Below are positions 1 to 9,047 of a DNA stretch of 64,000 nt, in pieces. Made by a program: the position numbers and the translations under genes. The DNA is from a virus. Where the stretch lies: the IMG/VR virus record IMGVR_UViG_3300037068_000153, positions 1-64,000 of that record; one strand, written 5' to 3'. The notes below the pieces were generated by a model. It worked only from the letters and a program-made list of their open reading frames with translations, had not been told where the DNA came from and did no database searches. The stretch's first letter is position 1. Each line of letters begins with the position of its first letter.

Positions 1-143
1 CCCCCCCCGCCGCCGCCGCCGCCGCCCCCGCCGCCGCCGACGCCGCCGACGCCGACGCCGCCGCCGCCGACGCCGCCGACGACGCCGCCGCCGCCGCCGC
101 CGCCGCCGACGCCGCCGCCGCCGCCGACGCCGCCGCCGCCGCC
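1..143 (+). repeat. (GCC/GAC)n low-complexity trinucleotide repeat encoding an Ala/Asp tract
   Basis: Near-pure GCC/GAC triplets that run in frame into ...AAAYQLWPGW. Confidence 0.9.
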
Positions 144-344
144 TATCAGCTGTGGCCCGGTTGGACTCGATGGTACGTGCGCCCGCGATGGGCACTATGG
201 AGGGTTGCACGTTGGCAGCTGTTCATGGGCGCCGAGCCCAACCCGTGGATGCCCATCGTCGAGATGTATCGGCTAGGCGTGGCGCCCATCGGCTACAACA
301 AAGACGGCGAGTTTTGCATCTACGTCCCGAAGGTGCGTTCGTGA
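3..344 (+). CDS. 5'-truncated hypothetical protein with Ala/Asp-rich repeat
   Basis: Open frame from the window start to TGA 342-344 (...NPWMPIVEMYRLGVAPIGYNKDGEFCIYVPKVRS), overlapping the next GTG. Confidence 0.7.
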   Translation, partial: PPAAAAAAPAAADAADADAAAADAADDAAAAAAAADAAAAADAAAAAYQLWPGWTRWYVRPRWALWRVARWQLFMGAEPNPWMPIVEMYRLGVAPIGYNKDGEFCIYVPKVRS

Positions 345-511
345 GTGCCCTCGACGTCGGGTATGCGACCGCGTCGGCGGCGTTCATCTTCTGCCTGCTC
401 GCTCCGGGGGCTGAGCGTCGAGTCGTCCTCACGGCCCTCGGCGTCGTGGGCGCCATCTTCGGAGCGGCGGCGAGCCTGTCGTGGGCCTCGGTCGCGGAGT
501 GGGTGCTGTGA
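341..511 (+). CDS. small membrane protein
   Basis: GTGA overlap with the previous gene; two hydrophobic segments. Confidence 0.6.
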   Translation: MSALDVGYATASAAFIFCLLAPGAERRVVLTALGVVGAIFGAAASLSWASVAEWVL

Positions 512-720
512 CTCTAAACCGCAAGAGCATTTGGCTGGGCGCGCTGTTCCTGCTCACGCCCATGATCGTGACGCTGCCCGTGTTCGGCGCCGTGTGGATC
601 TATCGCCGCATCCGCGAGTGCCAGCGTGTGGTCGTGGTGCGCCCGGCCATCGAGGTGGTCGACCTCGTCGCCGTGCGCGAGCGGCTGCGCTGCAGTGACG
701 CGGACTGGTGGAATCGATGA
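508..720 (+). CDS. small membrane protein
   Basis: GTGA overlap; N-terminal hydrophobic stretch. Confidence 0.6.
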   Translation: MTLNRKSIWLGALFLLTPMIVTLPVFGAVWIYRRIRECQRVVVVRPAIEVVDLVAVRERLRCSDADWWNR

Positions 721-1052
721 GTCTGCACACGGCTTTGTTGATCTATGGCTGCGTGACGGTGACGTTCATGGTCATGGTCAGCTTCTATTGGTCATGGCTG
801 GAGGAAACGGGAGCCGGGCTGCCCTTCGACGAGATGCCGAAGGCAGTCGGCGTTATGGCTTCTTTTGCGTGGCCGGCATTGTTCCCGCTAGTCATCGTGA
901 TAGGTGCCGCCGCCTTGATTTTTGATTATGGCCCTCGATGGCTGGTGAGGGCCGAGCTGAGACGGCGTCAACGGGTAATAACGCGTGAAGCGGAGGCCAA
1001 AAAGCAGGCTGACGCGAAGCATTACGACGTTGAGCAGGGGCCACACCGATGA
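717..1052 (+). CDS. membrane protein ending in YDVEQGPHR
   Basis: ATGA overlap; two predicted TM segments. Confidence 0.7.
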   Translation: MSLHTALLIYGCVTVTFMVMVSFYWSWLEETGAGLPFDEMPKAVGVMASFAWPALFPLVIVIGAAALIFDYGPRWLVRAELRRRQRVITREAEAKKQADAKHYDVEQGPHR

Positions 1053-1291
1053 TCGTGCGCGTGGGGGCGTTCATGACCGACCAGGACAAGGCGGAGGCGG
1101 CCATGATCGAGGTGTGCTGCGACGCGCTCGAGACGGCCATGGCCGCGGGCGTGCTCAAGGCGACTCGACTGCGCGGCGTGCTGTACATCGCCGTCGCCGG
1201 CCGTCATTTCCCTGTCGATTTCTGTCCGTTCTGCGGCCGAGCGCGTGAGCGCCGCGCCTCGACGGACCGCGACCGCGGGAGCGTGTGGTGA
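1049..1291 (+). CDS. hypothetical protein with CC...CPFCG Zn-ribbon-like motif
   Basis: ATGA overlap; motif FCPFCG. Confidence 0.65.
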   Translation: MIVRVGAFMTDQDKAEAAMIEVCCDALETAMAAGVLKATRLRGVLYIAVAGRHFPVDFCPFCGRARERRASTDRDRGSVW

Positions 1292-1467
1292 AGTGTCACC
1301 TGTGCACGATTTGTGATCGACCTGGTCACAATTCGCGCAGGCATGCGGGTGAGCGCCAGGACGCTCCGAACAGGCAGAAGTCGAAGCGGTGCACGTGCGG
1401 CACTTGGATTCATACGACGTCGGGCATGTGCCGACGCTGTCGCTATGCGACGAAGGGAGCCGGGTAG
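1288..1467 (+). CDS. small Cys/His-rich putative Zn-finger protein
   Basis: CxxC..GHN and CxC...CxxC motifs; tight packing between neighbours. Confidence 0.55.
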   Translation: MKCHLCTICDRPGHNSRRHAGERQDAPNRQKSKRCTCGTWIHTTSGMCRRCRYATKGAG

Positions 1468-2148
1468 ATGTCGAAGTCTATAGACGTGATCGCCGATCAG
1501 CTATGCGTCAAGCTCCAGGCGCTGGCTGAGCCCGCACGCGTGGCTGCTCTGAACCGCGTGCGCGAGAAGCTGCACGCCGTGAGCCCCTTCGCCGCCGAGC
1601 CGGTCGACTGCGTCTTGTGGGTCGAGCAGGATCTCGTCACGGCCAACGACTACAACCCCAACGCCGTCGCGCCGCCGGAGATGCGGCTGCTCGAGCTCTC
1701 TATCTCCGCCGACGGCTACACGCAGCCCATTGTGGCGGATCTCGACGATGAGAAGGCCGCCTTCGTGGTCGTCGATGGCTTCCACCGCCACCGCGTGGGC
1801 AAGGAGTCGGCGCTCGTCCGTGAGCGCGTCAAGGGCTACCTGCCGGTGGTGCAGATCAGAGACGAGCAGAAGGGCCGCCCGGACCGCATCGCCTCGACCA
1901 TCCGCCACAACCGAGCGCGCGGGAAGCATCAGGTCGAGCAGATGTCCAAGATCGTGGTCGAGCTCAAGAAGCGCAACTGGAGCGACGAGAAGATTGGCCG
2001 CGACCTCGGCATGGACCCCGATGAGGTGCTGCGTCTGGCGCAGATCACCGGATTGCGCGAGGCTTTCAAAGATCGCTCGTTCTCCATGGCCTGGGAGACG
2101 GACATGACCGTGGACGACGAGGCGGTAGAGGAGTCCATAAAGGACTAA
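1468..2148 (+). CDS. ibrB: ParB/Srx-domain protein, IbrB-like
   Basis: ANDYNPNAVAPPEM, DGYTQPIV, VVDGFHR, STIRHNRARG and LGMDPDEVLRL motifs typical of IbrB. Confidence 0.9.
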   Translation: MSKSIDVIADQLCVKLQALAEPARVAALNRVREKLHAVSPFAAEPVDCVLWVEQDLVTANDYNPNAVAPPEMRLLELSISADGYTQPIVADLDDEKAAFVVVDGFHRHRVGKESALVRERVKGYLPVVQIRDEQKGRPDRIASTIRHNRARGKHQVEQMSKIVVELKKRNWSDEKIGRDLGMDPDEVLRLAQITGLREAFKDRSFSMAWETDMTVDDEAVEESIKD

Positions 2149-2193
2149 AGATTTTAGTTGACAAAATGCTAATAATTAAATATTAGTCTAAAT
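2147..2193 (+). promoter_or_regulatory. sigma70-like promoter (AAAGATTTTAG-TTGACA N17 TATTAG)
   Basis: TTGACA 2158-2163, TATTAG 2181-2186, ATG 7 nt later; upstream motif shared with other sites. Confidence 0.75.
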
Positions 2194-2445
2194 ATGAGCG
2201 CAAACGTAGATAGTACTCAGTGGACTGAGTGGCAGGGTAAGTGGGAGCGCCTGGAAGATGGCACTTTTGGTGCTTCTATCAGGTTCAAAAATCACGAAAA
2301 TTTGATTGATAGATGCGTCGGTAAAATCGTTACACTCACTAGCAAAGCCGGTAAAAGAGAACGCGTAGTTCTTATTGAGCTAATTAAAGATTATGGAATT
2401 AACGATGTTACGATTTTTCGTTGTGAACGACTGATGGGTCATTAG
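2194..2445 (+). CDS. hypothetical protein, AT-rich (recently acquired)
   Basis: 83-aa ORF with markedly low GC, directly behind a promoter. Confidence 0.75.
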   Translation: MSANVDSTQWTEWQGKWERLEDGTFGASIRFKNHENLIDRCVGKIVTLTSKAGKRERVVLIELIKDYGINDVTIFRCERLMGH

Positions 2446-2450
2446 CCCAT

Positions 2451-2864
2451 ATGGGTAACTGGGAGCGGGACCTCATCGGCCCGGGCCGCGCGCCCGAGCG
2501 TGGGCGCTATTACGCCGACTACCGCGAGCTGGAGGAATACGCCGCCGGCATGTGGCGACGCGCGTCGGGCGAGGCGCACCAGCTGAACCTCATCGCGCTG
2601 GCCGTGCGCCTGCTGCGCGACCCCGATCGCTTCCGCGGAGCGCTCGCCCGCGTGCTGCGTGAGTGGCCGACCAGCTGCAAGGCGGAGCTTACCCGCCGGG
2701 GAAACCATTATGCGTGGTTCGGCGCGGCCTCATGCTGCATCACGCACGGCATTCCCGAGCATCTGACCCGTCGTGCTTGGTGGAAGCTAGACGACGCCGA
2801 GCGGCTGGCGGCGGACGAGTGCGCGGCGGAGGCCGAAGCGTGCTGGCGGGCGGCGCATGCCTAG
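2451..2864 (+). CDS. hypothetical protein located within the IbrA/IbrB locus
   Basis: EEYxxGMWR, EWPxSC, AWFGAASCC and TRRAWW motifs. Confidence 0.75.
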   Translation: MGNWERDLIGPGRAPERGRYYADYRELEEYAAGMWRRASGEAHQLNLIALAVRLLRDPDRFRGALARVLREWPTSCKAELTRRGNHYAWFGAASCCITHGIPEHLTRRAWWKLDDAERLAADECAAEAEACWRAAHA

Positions 2865-2958
2865 GCTGCCGCGCGTCTACTATCGTTACGACGAGCTAGA
2901 GGAGTATCACGACGGCATGTGGCGACGCGTCTCGGATACCGAGAAAAGGAGAACGCAA
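2857..2958 (+). pseudogene. 5' remnant of a paralog of 2451-2864, fused in frame to the downstream gene
   Basis: YYRYDELEEYHDGMWRRVS resembles YYADYRELEEYAAGMWRRAS; shared DNA GGCATGTGGCGACGCG. Confidence 0.6.
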
Positions 2959-3801
2959 ATGGCCACGAGACCTGAGTATCTGAAGCATATTGTCGTGGAT
3001 ATTCGTTTTGTCACTCCAGAAATGGCGAAGGAGTGGCTGGCGAATACGAAGAGAAACAACCGTTCTTTGAGAAAAGGTGTTGTAGAGAAATACGTATACG
3101 ACATCAAGAACAATGCTTGGACAGTCAATTCCAGCGCTATCGGCTTCGACACCGACGGCAATTTGACGAATGGTCAACACAGACTGAATGCCATCGTGAA
3201 GGCCGATCGAGGCATTTACACGCTTTGTATTTTCGGACTACCTATCCGTTCCATGGATACTGAGGACGTTGGAGCTTCCCGCGGAGTGAATGGGGCGTTG
3301 CAGATCCGCGGCGTCGAAAACGCGAATGCTAAAAAGGCGATCGTGCAAGTTATCGCCAATCACGTTTTCAAGACGACTGTCGTCTTATCGGTGAGTCAAT
3401 ACGATAATTTCAATCTTCGTTTTCCTGGAGCGATAGATTGGGTTTGGGACGCGTTCAAAGGCGCCAAGGTCCAAATTCGCGCCGGCGTTAGGGCTGCCTT
3501 CCTATATGCCTGGATAAGCGGAGAGCACCGAGAATTGATCGAAAGCATTGTTTCCGACCTTAAAAACTCTTTTGCCGGCACATTCGCTCTCGCTGGAGGC
3601 TCTACTGAGGTTGCTCTTCGTTCCTACATTTTGGATGGCTCGCTAAGGGACGACGGAGATGTGATCTTCAGGAAAGTAACGCGTGCGATTCACTCTATTT
3701 TCGTTGGAGGTAAACCGCTGACTAAATTACAAGAATCGAAAGAGGGAATCGAATATTTCGAGAAGATTCTCGAAGCGTACGAAAAAGCAGGGAAGTTTTA
3801 A
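2959..3801 (+). CDS. ParB/Srx-like (DndB-related fold) protein, lower GC
   Basis: RBS AAAGGAGA before ATG 2959; motifs VTPEMAKEWL, NNR, IGFDxxGNLxNGQHRL. Confidence 0.75.
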   Translation: MATRPEYLKHIVVDIRFVTPEMAKEWLANTKRNNRSLRKGVVEKYVYDIKNNAWTVNSSAIGFDTDGNLTNGQHRLNAIVKADRGIYTLCIFGLPIRSMDTEDVGASRGVNGALQIRGVENANAKKAIVQVIANHVFKTTVVLSVSQYDNFNLRFPGAIDWVWDAFKGAKVQIRAGVRAAFLYAWISGEHRELIESIVSDLKNSFAGTFALAGGSTEVALRSYILDGSLRDDGDVIFRKVTRAIHSIFVGGKPLTKLQESKEGIEYFEKILEAYEKAGKF

Positions 3802-3802
3802 G

Positions 3803-5074
3803 GTGCTTAAGAGGTACCTGGACATCGATGTGCTCGAAGCTGCGCGCCAGCGCATCGCGCGGACATTCGACGATTTCCCGCGCGTCTATCTGAGCTTCTC
3901 CGCCGGCAAGGACTCGACCGTCATGCTGCACCTCGTCGCTGATGAGGCGCGCCGGCGCGGCCGTAAGTTCGGGCTGCTGCTCATCGACTTGGAGGCGCAG
4001 TTCCAGGTGACGATGGACCACGGTGAGGCGCTCTTCCGTGAGTACGCCGACTGCACCGAACCGTTCTGGGTCTCATTGCCCATCCATTTGCGCAACGCCG
4101 TGTCAGTCTACGAGCCCTTCTGGACGTGCTGGGACCCCGAAGCGCGTGACGCCTGGGTGCGCCAGCCGCCGGACTTCGCCGTCGTCGACGAGAAACACTT
4201 CCCGTTCTTCTGGCGGGCGATGGAGTTCGAGGAGTTCGTCCCCCTCTTCGGCGAATGGTACGGGTGCGGGGAACGGTGCGCGTGCTTCGTGGGCATCCGC
4301 ACAGATGAGTCGCTCAATCGGTTCCGCACCATCGCGCTCTCAGACAAAGAGACGTGGCGCGGGCTGCGCTGGACGTCACGTGTCGGTGAGCAGCAGCTCT
4401 ACAACGCCTACCCCATCTATGACTGGCACGTCGACGACCTGTGGACCTACCACGCCAAGAACCCAGAACGGCAGCACAACCGCCTGTACGACCTCATGCA
4501 CCAGGCCGGGCTCACGCCGCACCAGATGCGCATCTGCCAGCCCTATGGCGACGACCAACGGCGCAACCTGTGGCTCTACCACGTCGTCGAGCCGCAGACC
4601 TGGGCCCGCGTCGTGGCGCGGGTCAACGGGGCCAACGGTGGCGCCACGTACATCCAGGAGTGGGGCAACATCAACGGCTACCGCCGGGTGACCAAGCCCC
4701 CGGGGCACACCTGGCGCAGCTTCGCTGAGCTCCTCGTTGCCAGCATGCCGCCCAAGTCGCGAGAGCATTATCGGAATAAGGTGCTGCTGTTCGAGAAATG
4801 GTGGACCGAGCGCGGCTACCCAGGCGGCATCCCGGACGAGGCCGACTACGACATGGAGGCGCAGCGCAAGGCGCCGTCGTGGCGGCGCGTATGCAAGACG
4901 CTCCTACGTAACGACTACTGGGGCAAGGGCCTCGGTTTCTCACAGCAGAAGTCCGAGGGCTACGAGGCATACCTGAAGCTCATGCGCCGGCGCAAGGCGG
5001 AGTGGAAGGTGGAGCAGGAGGCGCTCGGGTTCAAGGTCAACAGTGCGGTCGAAGCCGCGGAGGAGAACGCATGA
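3803..5074 (+). CDS. ibrA: PAPS-reductase-like protein, IbrA/DUF3440 type
   Basis: PP-loop SFSAGKDS, IDLEAQF, VGIRTDESLNR, YPIYDW, MRICQPYG, PSWRR. Confidence 0.92.
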   Translation: MLKRYLDIDVLEAARQRIARTFDDFPRVYLSFSAGKDSTVMLHLVADEARRRGRKFGLLLIDLEAQFQVTMDHGEALFREYADCTEPFWVSLPIHLRNAVSVYEPFWTCWDPEARDAWVRQPPDFAVVDEKHFPFFWRAMEFEEFVPLFGEWYGCGERCACFVGIRTDESLNRFRTIALSDKETWRGLRWTSRVGEQQLYNAYPIYDWHVDDLWTYHAKNPERQHNRLYDLMHQAGLTPHQMRICQPYGDDQRRNLWLYHVVEPQTWARVVARVNGANGGATYIQEWGNINGYRRVTKPPGHTWRSFAELLVASMPPKSREHYRNKVLLFEKWWTERGYPGGIPDEADYDMEAQRKAPSWRRVCKTLLRNDYWGKGLGFSQQKSEGYEAYLKLMRRRKAEWKVEQEALGFKVNSAVEAAEENA

Positions 5075-5214
5075 GGCTGCAAGAGCTCGAGGATAAGCTG
5101 CGCTCCATCTACGAGTCGATGCCCCACAACGCCGACGACGCCGACGAGGTCGTGGACCTTCTGCGTGAGGTCGAGTCCCAGCGCGTCCGCGAGGGCGACC
5201 GAGAGATCTGGTAG
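5071..5214 (+). CDS. small hypothetical protein
   Basis: ATGA overlap, GGAG RBS. Confidence 0.55.
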   Translation: MRLQELEDKLRSIYESMPHNADDADEVVDLLREVESQRVREGDREIW

Positions 5215-5217
5215 CCC

Positions 5218-5442
5218 TTGATCGATCTGGAGACCGCGATCGCGCGCGCCGACAAGAGCGCATACTACCGCCGGCGCACGGCCCTCAAGCGGCGCGTGAA
5301 GATCAAGCAGGGTCTCTGCATCGACTGCAATGCGGTCGCCAAGGCGGGCGTGCGCTGCAGCGCGTGCGCGTGGAAGCACCGGCTGGCCCAGCGCCTGCGG
5401 AAGAAGCGCAAGTTCGAGCACCTGGAAAGGGACGAAGAATGA
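5218..5442 (+). CDS. basic Zn-finger protein
   Basis: GLCIDC...CSAC, Arg/Lys-rich. Confidence 0.6.
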   Translation: MIDLETAIARADKSAYYRRRTALKRRVKIKQGLCIDCNAVAKAGVRCSACAWKHRLAQRLRKKRKFEHLERDEE

Positions 5443-5678
5443 AGATCGACGACAAGAGCACGAGCCGCGAGATCCTCTCCAAGCTCATGCCCGTGCATGA
5501 CGAGCTGAACCATTCCATGGTCTCGTTCGACGACGGGCACGGCATCTTCAGGGTGCTGTGTAGCTGCGACCACGATCAGATTTTCCTCGATCGCGAGGTC
5601 GAGAAACTCACGGGCCACGCCCCGTCGTGGGTGGTCGGGCGTCTGCGCGTGCTCTGCCGCGAGCGGAGGGCCGCGTGA
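5439..5678 (+). CDS. hypothetical protein
   Basis: ATGA overlap, compact gene packing. Confidence 0.55.
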   Translation: MKIDDKSTSREILSKLMPVHDELNHSMVSFDDGHGIFRVLCSCDHDQIFLDREVEKLTGHAPSWVVGRLRVLCRERRAA

Positions 5679-6154
5679 AGCGCGTGCAGGTCGAGTCGCC
5701 ATTCGCGCCGCAGACTCCACTTCCTGATGGCGAGTGTCCAACGGTCGGAACTAGGAACGCATGGCCGTGTTCGGATTATCGATGCGGTTACTGCAATGTT
5801 CGTCGCATACGAGAGAAAGAGGCTTCCCGCAACGCGCGCTACCTCGCTGCCTGCCTGCGCGACTGTCTCCTGCGCGGCGAGTCGCCGTACGCGTCGCATG
5901 GTCTGTTGACTCTCCCCGGTGTACTTCGTGACGACGTGCCCGAGGAGCGCGAGCTGGGCATCCGCGCCGGGTTCGCCATGCGCGAGGGAATGCACGCGAC
6001 TGTGTTCTACACCGACCTCGGCTGGTCGCGTGGGATGCGCGCGGGTGAGGATCACGCGATCGAGTTGATCCGATACTCGAACGTCAAGGTCACGGGCTCG
6101 TCACCTGGCCACATCATCGAGTATCGAGAGCTTGGTCCTGATTGGGACAAATAA
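5675..6154 (+). CDS. conserved phage protein (ESPF/Y...ASH family, nucleoside-deoxyribosyltransferase-like fold) with a Cys-rich insertion
   Basis: VESPFA, RDCLLRGESPYASH, ERELGI, YTDLGWSRGM. Confidence 0.75.
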   Translation: MKRVQVESPFAPQTPLPDGECPTVGTRNAWPCSDYRCGYCNVRRIREKEASRNARYLAACLRDCLLRGESPYASHGLLTLPGVLRDDVPEERELGIRAGFAMREGMHATVFYTDLGWSRGMRAGEDHAIELIRYSNVKVTGSSPGHIIEYRELGPDWDK

Positions 6155-6202
6155 AAGATTTTAGTTGACGCGCACCCGCTCGGGGCGCAAGGTGGGGGAC
6201 GC
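6153..6202 (+). promoter_or_regulatory. conserved early promoter (TTGACG N17 CAAGGT)
   Basis: AAAGATTTTAGTTGACG at 6154-6170 and GCGCAAGGT at 6185-6193. Confidence 0.7.
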
Positions 6203-8359
6203 GTGCCGAACGAATCGATCATAGCGCGGCTCGACGCCGCGGGCATCCTCGTGCGCGACGAGCATGCCGAGCGCCGGTTGAAGGTGCTCAACTCGACGAG
6301 CGCGAGCCAGATCGAGCGCTGGAGCCAGTGCCCACGCCAGTGGTTCGGCGGCTACATCATGGGCGACTGGGCGCCGCAGAGCGAGGCACAGGCGCGCGGC
6401 ACGGCGATCGACCTCGAGGTGCAGAAGCACTACCGCGGCGAGCCGGTCAACAAGGGCTGGCAGGAAGCGGTCGATGGCATCGTCAAGCTCCTGCCCGCGG
6501 GCGTGGTCATCCAGCAGAAGATCGTCATGCCCACCTACGACGGCGGGCCGATGCTGGTCGGGTATCCCGATTTCCTGTACGAGGCGGCGCCGGGGGACGT
6601 GTTCGTGGACGACCTCAAAAGCACGTCGGACTTCCGCTACGCAAAGAAGCCCGAGCAGCTGCGCACGCACATCCAGCCCGTCACGTACTCGGCGTGGCTG
6701 TGGACGCTGCCCGAGGTGCGCCGCGTGCGCGCTCGCCACGTGACGGCGAAGTTCCAGAAGGACGACAAGCACCCCGTCGGGTACCGGTTCCGAGGCGCGC
6801 GGCTGACCGAGGCGGCGGAGATGGAGCGCGAGCGCATCCAGGCCGAGTGGCTGGGGCTGCACGACGGTGTGCGGGCGATGGTGGCGACGGCCAGAACGGT
6901 CGCCAATTTCGATGATTTGCCGGCGCTTGGGGCTGTCGACGTCGACGAGTTTGGGAAAACCGGGTGCGAGCGATTCGGCGGGTGCCATTTCCGCGCGCGC
7001 TGCGGGCTGGACGTTTTAGGAGGGAGAAAAAAGATGAGCGGGAGCAGCTTGACGGAGAGGCTGGAGGCGATGCGTGCCGCGCAGGCGGCAAATGGGGCGG
7101 GGACCCCGACGGCGACTACGCTGCCGATTCCCCAGATGGAGCAGCCGCCGAGCGCGCCTGGATACGTCGCGACGCAGCCGACGATGGTGATCCCAGGGGC
7201 CTTGACCGGCTCGGGGTACACGGTCGAGCGGGTCAACCCCAACAACCTGCATCCGGCCGAAGTGCTGCCCGCCGACGCGGGCTACAAGCGTGGGCAGCCA
7301 TGCAACGGCAACGGCCACTACGCGAGCTCGAACGGGCAGGGCTTCATCCCCGTCGAAGCGGGCCACGCATGCACGGTGTGCCAGCCCGGCCGCGTGCTGC
7401 CGCCGGACGCGCCGCCGCGCACGTCGACGAGCGCGGAATCGGACGCGGCCGAGGAGAGGGCGAAGAAGCGCGGGCGGCCGAAGAAGGAGCCCGAGGTGTT
7501 CAAGATCGGATGCTCGACCTGCGGCGAGAAGCTGCCCGCGTCGGAATTCGAGGCTCATATCAAGTCGCACACGACGCCGGCCCCTGCGGTGGCGACGCCG
7601 CAGGAAACGGACGCCGACCACGGCTACCGCGTGCTGCAGGAGAAGGGCTTCACCCTCGACGAGATCAACCTTCTCAACAGCGAGGGCCTGATGACCGAGG
7701 CGCTGGAGGGCAAGGTCACGACCGGCATGCTGCGCCAGCCACCGCTGCGTGCGGGGGCGGTGCCTGCGCCGGCAGCTCCGATCGCGACGGCGACCGCCCA
7801 GGAGCAATGGTACAAGAACAGCGGGCCGCCGCCGGCCACGGAGCAGACGCCACCGCCCACGACGGTAACCAACGTGTTCGTCTCGAGCGCGGACCACGTC
7901 ATGCAGGCCCCTGTGTCCAACAACGGCGGCCCTATTTTTATCGACCACAACCATGCACGCGTCGAGTCCAACGCGCGCGTGCAGGAGCACCTGAAGGCGC
8001 TGCGCAAGGCGCCGCCGAAGGTCCCACCGGCCGCGCCGACGATCTATGTTGACTGCCACCCGGTCAAGGGGCCACACCGGACCGCCGCGGTCGACGCCGC
8101 CGACTGGCTCGGGCCCATTGCCGAGCTGGCCGCGCTCGCCCACGTCGACCGCGACAGCGGCAAACCCATGCCGCTCGACGACGTCTTCTTGGCGCCCTTT
8201 GGGACGGGGCGTGCCGTGCTGGCGGCGGCGTTGCGCGAGACGCTCGACTCGTGCCCGGCCGTGCTGGCGATCGACTCGACCAGTCCGGGGCAGCAGGTCG
8301 CGCTCGAGGTCCTGCGCCCGCACGCGGCGGTCATTGTCGAGCCGAAGAGGGGGCGATGA
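6203..8359 (+). CDS. PD-(D/E)XK (Cas4/RecB-like) exonuclease with a long Pro/Ala-rich and Zn-finger C-terminal region
   Basis: SASQI..W..CPRQW, RGT, GYPD, DDLKS, QPVTY, C-terminal C..GC..C; internal RBS and ATG at 7034. Confidence 0.8.
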   Translation: MPNESIIARLDAAGILVRDEHAERRLKVLNSTSASQIERWSQCPRQWFGGYIMGDWAPQSEAQARGTAIDLEVQKHYRGEPVNKGWQEAVDGIVKLLPAGVVIQQKIVMPTYDGGPMLVGYPDFLYEAAPGDVFVDDLKSTSDFRYAKKPEQLRTHIQPVTYSAWLWTLPEVRRVRARHVTAKFQKDDKHPVGYRFRGARLTEAAEMERERIQAEWLGLHDGVRAMVATARTVANFDDLPALGAVDVDEFGKTGCERFGGCHFRARCGLDVLGGRKKMSGSSLTERLEAMRAAQAANGAGTPTATTLPIPQMEQPPSAPGYVATQPTMVIPGALTGSGYTVERVNPNNLHPAEVLPADAGYKRGQPCNGNGHYASSNGQGFIPVEAGHACTVCQPGRVLPPDAPPRTSTSAESDAAEERAKKRGRPKKEPEVFKIGCSTCGEKLPASEFEAHIKSHTTPAPAVATPQETDADHGYRVLQEKGFTLDEINLLNSEGLMTEALEGKVTTGMLRQPPLRAGAVPAPAAPIATATAQEQWYKNSGPPPATEQTPPPTTVTNVFVSSADHVMQAPVSNNGGPIFIDHNHARVESNARVQEHLKALRKAPPKVPPAAPTIYVDCHPVKGPHRTAAVDAADWLGPIAELAALAHVDRDSGKPMPLDDVFLAPFGTGRAVLAAALRETLDSCPAVLAIDSTSPGQQVALEVLRPHAAVIVEPKRGR

Positions 8360-8375
8360 AGATACGGGGTGCGTG

Positions 8376-8564
8376 GTGAGTTGCCGTCACGACCTCGCGA
8401 ACACGACGTGCTCGCGCTGTTACCCGGATAGCGGCGGACTTGACTCGAACGGTCTGCCGCAAATCGATCCCGGACCGGGTCCGCACGATCCGAACCTCGA
8501 CGGTCCGGGTGCTATTGCGCTGGAGGAAAACCGTGAAGCGCCCGGTCCTGCGCGTCGCGGTTGA
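8376..8564 (+). CDS. small hypothetical protein
   Basis: GTG start; CxH..CxxC motif. Confidence 0.4.
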   Translation: MSCRHDLANTTCSRCYPDSGGLDSNGLPQIDPGPGPHDPNLDGPGAIALEENREAPGPARRG

Positions 8565-8694
8565 GGGCCCGCCGGGCGCGCGGGATCGCGTGCTTCAGTC
8601 GCTGCGGGAGATGGGCTACGAGGTCAAGCAAGTCTCGGCGCTGCCGGGCCGACGACTGTCGGCAACGGTGCTGGCGCCACACGGGGAGGTCTGA
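8533..8694 (+). CDS. small hypothetical protein
   Basis: GGAGG RBS before GTG. Confidence 0.5.
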   Translation: MKRPVLRVAVEGPPGARDRVLQSLREMGYEVKQVSALPGRRLSATVLAPHGEV

Positions 8695-8696
8695 CA

Positions 8697-9047
8697 ATGG
8701 ACGAGATCGATATCGAGGGCATCAACCAAGGCGAGCTGCTCGCGGCGCTCTACAACAATGCCAAGCCGGTCGGCCTGGGATGGCTGCACGTGGATGCGGC
8801 GACCATGACCGCGGAGGAGGCGTGGGAGATCATCAATAGTGGAGGCGAATCAGCGCACCTGCGCGCGTCGGGATTCGTCGTGCTCGATGGCGGCGCCGAT
8901 TGGCGAGTCGATTACGTCAAAGGGCGACCGATCAAGGTCTCGGTCAAGGACAACACGTTGCGCAAGGCGTGGCTGTATGACCGAGACCACGGCGAGGGCG
9001 CATGCGCGCGAGTCGTCGCGGAGCTTCGCGCCAAGGCGCAGCGATGA
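8697..9047 (+). CDS. conserved phage hypothetical protein
   Basis: GGAGG RBS; LAALYNNAK, DYVKGRPIKV and LYDRDHG motifs. Confidence 0.8.
   Translation: MDEIDIEGINQGELLAALYNNAKPVGLGWLHVDAATMTAEEAWEIINSGGESAHLRASGFVVLDGGADWRVDYVKGRPIKVSVKDNTLRKAWLYDRDHGEGACARVVAELRAKAQR

Noticed and set aside
1-143. GCC/GAC repeat as a CRISPR array, terminal repeat or non-coding satellite
   Set aside because: No repeat-spacer structure; it reads in frame as an Ala/Asp tract of a gene ending at 344. It may have caused the contig break.
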